Assembly: GCA_964016885.1 (NCBI GenBank)
Contig: OZ024745.1
Span: forward strand, 121,210,001 to 121,274,000
Length of the DNA: 64,000 bases
DNA from: Eledone cirrhosa
Taxonomy: Eukaryota
Reading direction: 5' to 3'
In this document: positions 60,115 through 64,000 of the stretch, piece by piece
Layout: each line of letters opens with the position of its first letter
Numbering within the stretch: position 1 is the stretch's first letter
Notes under the pieces: model-generated
Seen by the model: only the letters and a program-made list of their open reading frames with translations
The model's database searches: none
Told to the model about the DNA's origin: nothing
Translations under genes and position numbers: made by a program

Positions 60115-60384
60115 AATAGCCATGTACGTTAAATGATAAACTTGTTTCATATTACAATATACTGTAGATAAATCTAAATATTTAAACTGCAACTGCATGT
60201 CTATACTAATTAAAATTAATTAGATAATTTGGATAATCATTAACGGCTGTCATTTTGTTTATAAAATCTCTGGATTGGCCGGACTATAAATCAAATGACA
60301 ATACCTTTTCATATTTATGTCAACCTAGTTATCTCCCTTTACACCAATCTGTATTTTGAGGTCGATAAACTAAGTCTCTTGTGA

Positions 60385-60680
60385 TGCTAAATTCGGCCAG
60401 TTGCAGACTGCGCATTAACATGTGATATCTCTCTCCACAAAGTTCGATCACCAACAGCAGAGTTCAAAGAGTAAAGATCAAGTCCTGTCCATAAGTTGAC
60501 ATTGTCAAGCCATCGTTTTGGCTGCCGGCCTCTGCTTCTCTTATCAGCCAACCTTTCTTCCAGGCATAACCTACTCACACCACGAGTTGATCTTTTTATA
60601 TGACCGTATAGTTTGAGTACTATTGACTTGACAATTGATGTAATTGGTCTAAGTTTGGTCATGCCTTGAGCCAGCATGGA
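60385..60680 (-). mobile_element. RTE-like LINE 3' fragment
   Basis: LKLYGHIKR...KRSRGRQPKRWLDNVNLWTG...DRTLWR. Confidence 0.7.
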
Positions 60681-61021
60681 ACAGTAGGCTCATAAAATTA
60701 ACATGAAAAAGTCACCTCAAAGATAAACCAAGTACCAGGTATTATATATGCGTTCTGTCAATAAGCGACTCCCTCACTATCCTCCGAGGCAGCGATTTCT
60801 CCATTATGTCCGCTGGAAGTACAAGGTGGCTTCTGCACGCCAGAATTCTCCCACACTGTACCAGCTCGTATCAGTGGTGTAGAGAGGATTTGAATATTCC
60901 TTCTTATATTTTCCTTGCGTTCTTTCACACACACCATGTACATATTTAATAGTTATTACGTACATTACTGAAGTATATAATTGATTAAAAACATACAAAG
61001 CTGAGCCACAGCTTGGCTATA

Positions 61022-61348
61022 CAGTGTACCCCCGGTATTCGCGGTCCCGGTTATTCGCGGAATTTTCCTTGGAACCTAACTAATAATTATTCGTGGAAAC
61101 TACCGCATATTCGCGGAATCGTAAATATCTTCCGTGATTTTTTAATGGTTTTTTCATGGCAATATATATTTTTTCACGCTTTTTAACGCTAAATTATTAA
61201 CAACAATATACCGTATTTGCCGGCCTAGATTTTACATCATGTTTTGACATTTATAGGTATTTTTATGGACCACGTCCAATATTCGTGGGTTTTTCACTCT
61301 TCGCGGGTGCTCTAGAAACGTAACCCCCGCGAATACTGGGGGACAATT
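61022..61348. mobile_element. Tigger-like MITE
   Basis: TA|CAGTGTACCCCCGGTATTCGCGG ... CCGCGAATACTGGGGGACAAT (imperfect TIRs). Confidence 0.6.
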
Positions 61349-61965
61349 CTATTCTAATGCCTGAAACCAGAAAAAAAAAAAATTACAAAAGTATTACATG
61401 CATTCTGCAGTGTAGATTGTTGTTTTCAACGCCGGGTTTTCTTTGATAGAGCAGACAAGAGCTTTCGAAAGCATTCCCGACAACATCCCATATTTTTTAC
61501 GTTGTCCAATGTATCTTTCTTTTCTTTAAGACGATAGGATGCCATTAGATGGACATGTAGATGGTAGAGTGTAATTTACGAGAAATTTCTCTGCTGTTTC
61601 AAGCAGGTCAAACAATCATTTAACTGCTCCCTTCTTTGTTTATATGTACCCTAGAGTAAATTGATAAGACGAAAACGCTAGATTCGAATTATTAAAAATG
61701 TTTTATTGTATTTTTGATCCAAGTGATAAACAGCGTTTTATTAGTTCTGAGAATTATACAATCTTGATATATATAAATCAGAAACACACGCACGTACAGA
61801 CAGATGCACACACATAGACAGACAGACAGACACATACACACGCACATATATATATATATAATATATATATATATGTGTGTGAGTGTGTGTGTGTGTGTGT
61901 TTGTGTGGGTATGTGCGTGTGTGTGTGTTTGTGCGTGTGTATGTGTTTGTGCGTGTGTGTGTGTG

Positions 61966-62157
61966 TGTTTCTGATTTAGGCACAAGGCCAGCAATTTTGC
62001 GGGAGAAGAAAGACGATTAAATCGACACCAGTGTTTTACTGGTACTTTATTTTACCAATCCCGTAAGGATGAAAGGCAAACTAAACTCAGGCAAACTAAA
62101 CTCAGAATGTAAAGGACTGGATCTCTATGCCGCGAATCATGGCGTCAGACGCTCAAC

Positions 62158-62158
<1 letters not shown>
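61966..62158 (-). mobile_element. SINE family A (diverged)
   Basis: Reverse complement of family core. Confidence 0.75.
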
Positions 62159-62250
<92 letters not shown>

Positions 62251-62839
62251 TAGATATATATATAGAGAGAGAGAGTGAGTGAGAAAAAAGATGAAGTTGG
62301 AAAACATAGCACGGGAGATATATTTAAGGGTCTGTTTTTCTTTTTTGATTCGTCAAAGTGACATTACTGAAAAGATAGTGTTATTAAAAAATGAGAGGGA
62401 CAATTCGTTTTAAAAAAAAAAAATGTTATGATGTATATAAATTATATGAAGAAATTTCCGGTTTCGATGTATTAAAATCCATCTTGTCAAATGTAGAGTG
62501 TAAAAAATTAAAAAGAGTTGATAGGAATCAAAAACGAAAGGTTTAAAATTAAAATCAAAATCAAAATAGAATGTTTGAATAAATTTTCTTCCATCCCGCT
62601 TGCTGAAAGGTTGGGTGGAATGAGAACTTTACTTGTTTTTCTGCAAGGGAGGAAATTGTTTCGAAAAATATCCTGTGAATGTATTGTTAATCTAGTGGTA
62701 AATAGTTCAAAAGGGGATAGGGGATTGTGAGAGCTGATTTCTGTAATAGTAGTAGGATGGTATGTGTACATATATACACACACACACATATATATAGAGA
62801 GAAGTATTGTCCCTCTCATTTTTTTAATAACATTATCTT

Positions 62840-63137
62840 TGGTGGATTGGCAGTATCGGTAGAGGGTCGGACGCCATGCTTTGACGCATAGAGTTACGGC
62901 CCTTGCCATTCTGAGTTCAAATCCCGCCGAGGTTAACTTTGACTTTCATCCTTACGGGGTCTATAAAATAAAGTACCAGTAATGCACTGGGTAATTGCTA
63001 ACCTTGGGCCAATGTAGAAACAATTATTGAAAAGATAATTGTTTCTACGTTTGGCACAAAGCCAGCAATTACCCAGTGCATTACTGGTACTTTATTTTAT
63101 CGATCCCGTAAGGATGAAAGGCAAAGTTAACCTCGAC
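62840..63137. mobile_element. Tail-to-tail inverted SINE family A pair (62840-63028 +, 63036-63137 -)
   Basis: The second copy is the reverse complement of the 3' ~100 nt of the first, with a spacer of only a few nt. Confidence 0.85.
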
Positions 63138-63345
63138 GAATCAAAAAAGAAAAACAGACCCTTAAATATATCTCCCGTGCTATTTCCAACTTCATCTTTT
63201 CTCTATATCCACTGTTTTGTATAGAATCCTTACTTCCCTTTTCTAATATATATATATATATTATAAGAATAGATTAAAGTTTAAGCAAAGAATCGCTGGT
63301 TTCACCCTTATCGAGCCCTCTTCAGATTTTGGTCATCAGATTTAT

Positions 63346-63393
<48 letters not shown>

Positions 63394-63615
63394 AGATCAA
63401 AAGATGGTTAAAAGAGTTCCATGTATTTTATTATGCGCATTTAAAAAACAAATATCAATTTGGGATGATATTTGCGTTCTCATCAGATAAAATATGGAGA
63501 CATGATATGAAGCTTAAAAAACACTTGCGAGCAGGGAAGTGTTAAATCTACATATTTTAAGTGTTAAATCTGCTTTATTTGGCTACAATAAAACTCACCT
63601 CCTACATATATATAT

Positions 63616-63717
<102 letters not shown>

Positions 63718-64000
63718 CTATATATATAAAACTGAGGATGTCTGTGTGTGTGTGTGTGTGAGTTTGAATCCCTAAAACTCGAGAACCACCCAACCGACTG
63801 TTTTCAAACTTTACACATGTAATATTTATGGTTCAGGGAGTGTTCTGAGCAAAAAGAATTTCAAATTTTCAATACCCTAGGGACCGCATTGGGCGATTTA
63901 GCGATCTCTCTCTATAATTCTTAGTCTTTCTCTTTTTAGATAGATACATACATATAACGTCGCGCCCTTATAATATCTGTCTGTATGTCTGCTGTCTGCA

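Noticed and set aside
63285-63330. Hammerhead-like motif on the minus strand (relative at 19760-19800)
   Set aside because: U16.1/H17 or core bases are mutated; counted only as a decayed remnant.

Overview
AT-rich, microsatellite-dense animal genomic DNA. The SINE types and repeat density suggest a cephalopod such as octopus (inference). The window appears to be mostly intronic sequence of one large minus-strand gene. A phase-consistent exon chain can be read: 42594-42691, 24191-24254, 21135-21288, 19395-19527, 11637-11803, 11076-11118 and a giant 5145-nt symmetric exon 4418-9562 carrying 62-aa repeats. The main structure is a head-to-tail pair of intact 6028-bp Tx1/L1-clade non-LTR retrotransposons (42743-48770, 48807-54834; ORF1 with a CCHC knuckle, ORF2 APE-RT-Zn finger). 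They end in (ATT)n and sit in the (ATT)n-like tail of an older, decayed relative (54952-56908), a few bases from a putative host splice acceptor. The introns also carry at least seven well-formed or nearly intact type I hammerhead-ribozyme motifs with palindromic stem III, several sense to the host pre-mRNA and most near (TA)n tracts or inside long hairpins (Penelope/retrozyme-like). The rest is tRNA-derived SINEs, MITEs, RTE/CRE/pogo remnants and many mini- and microsatellites.
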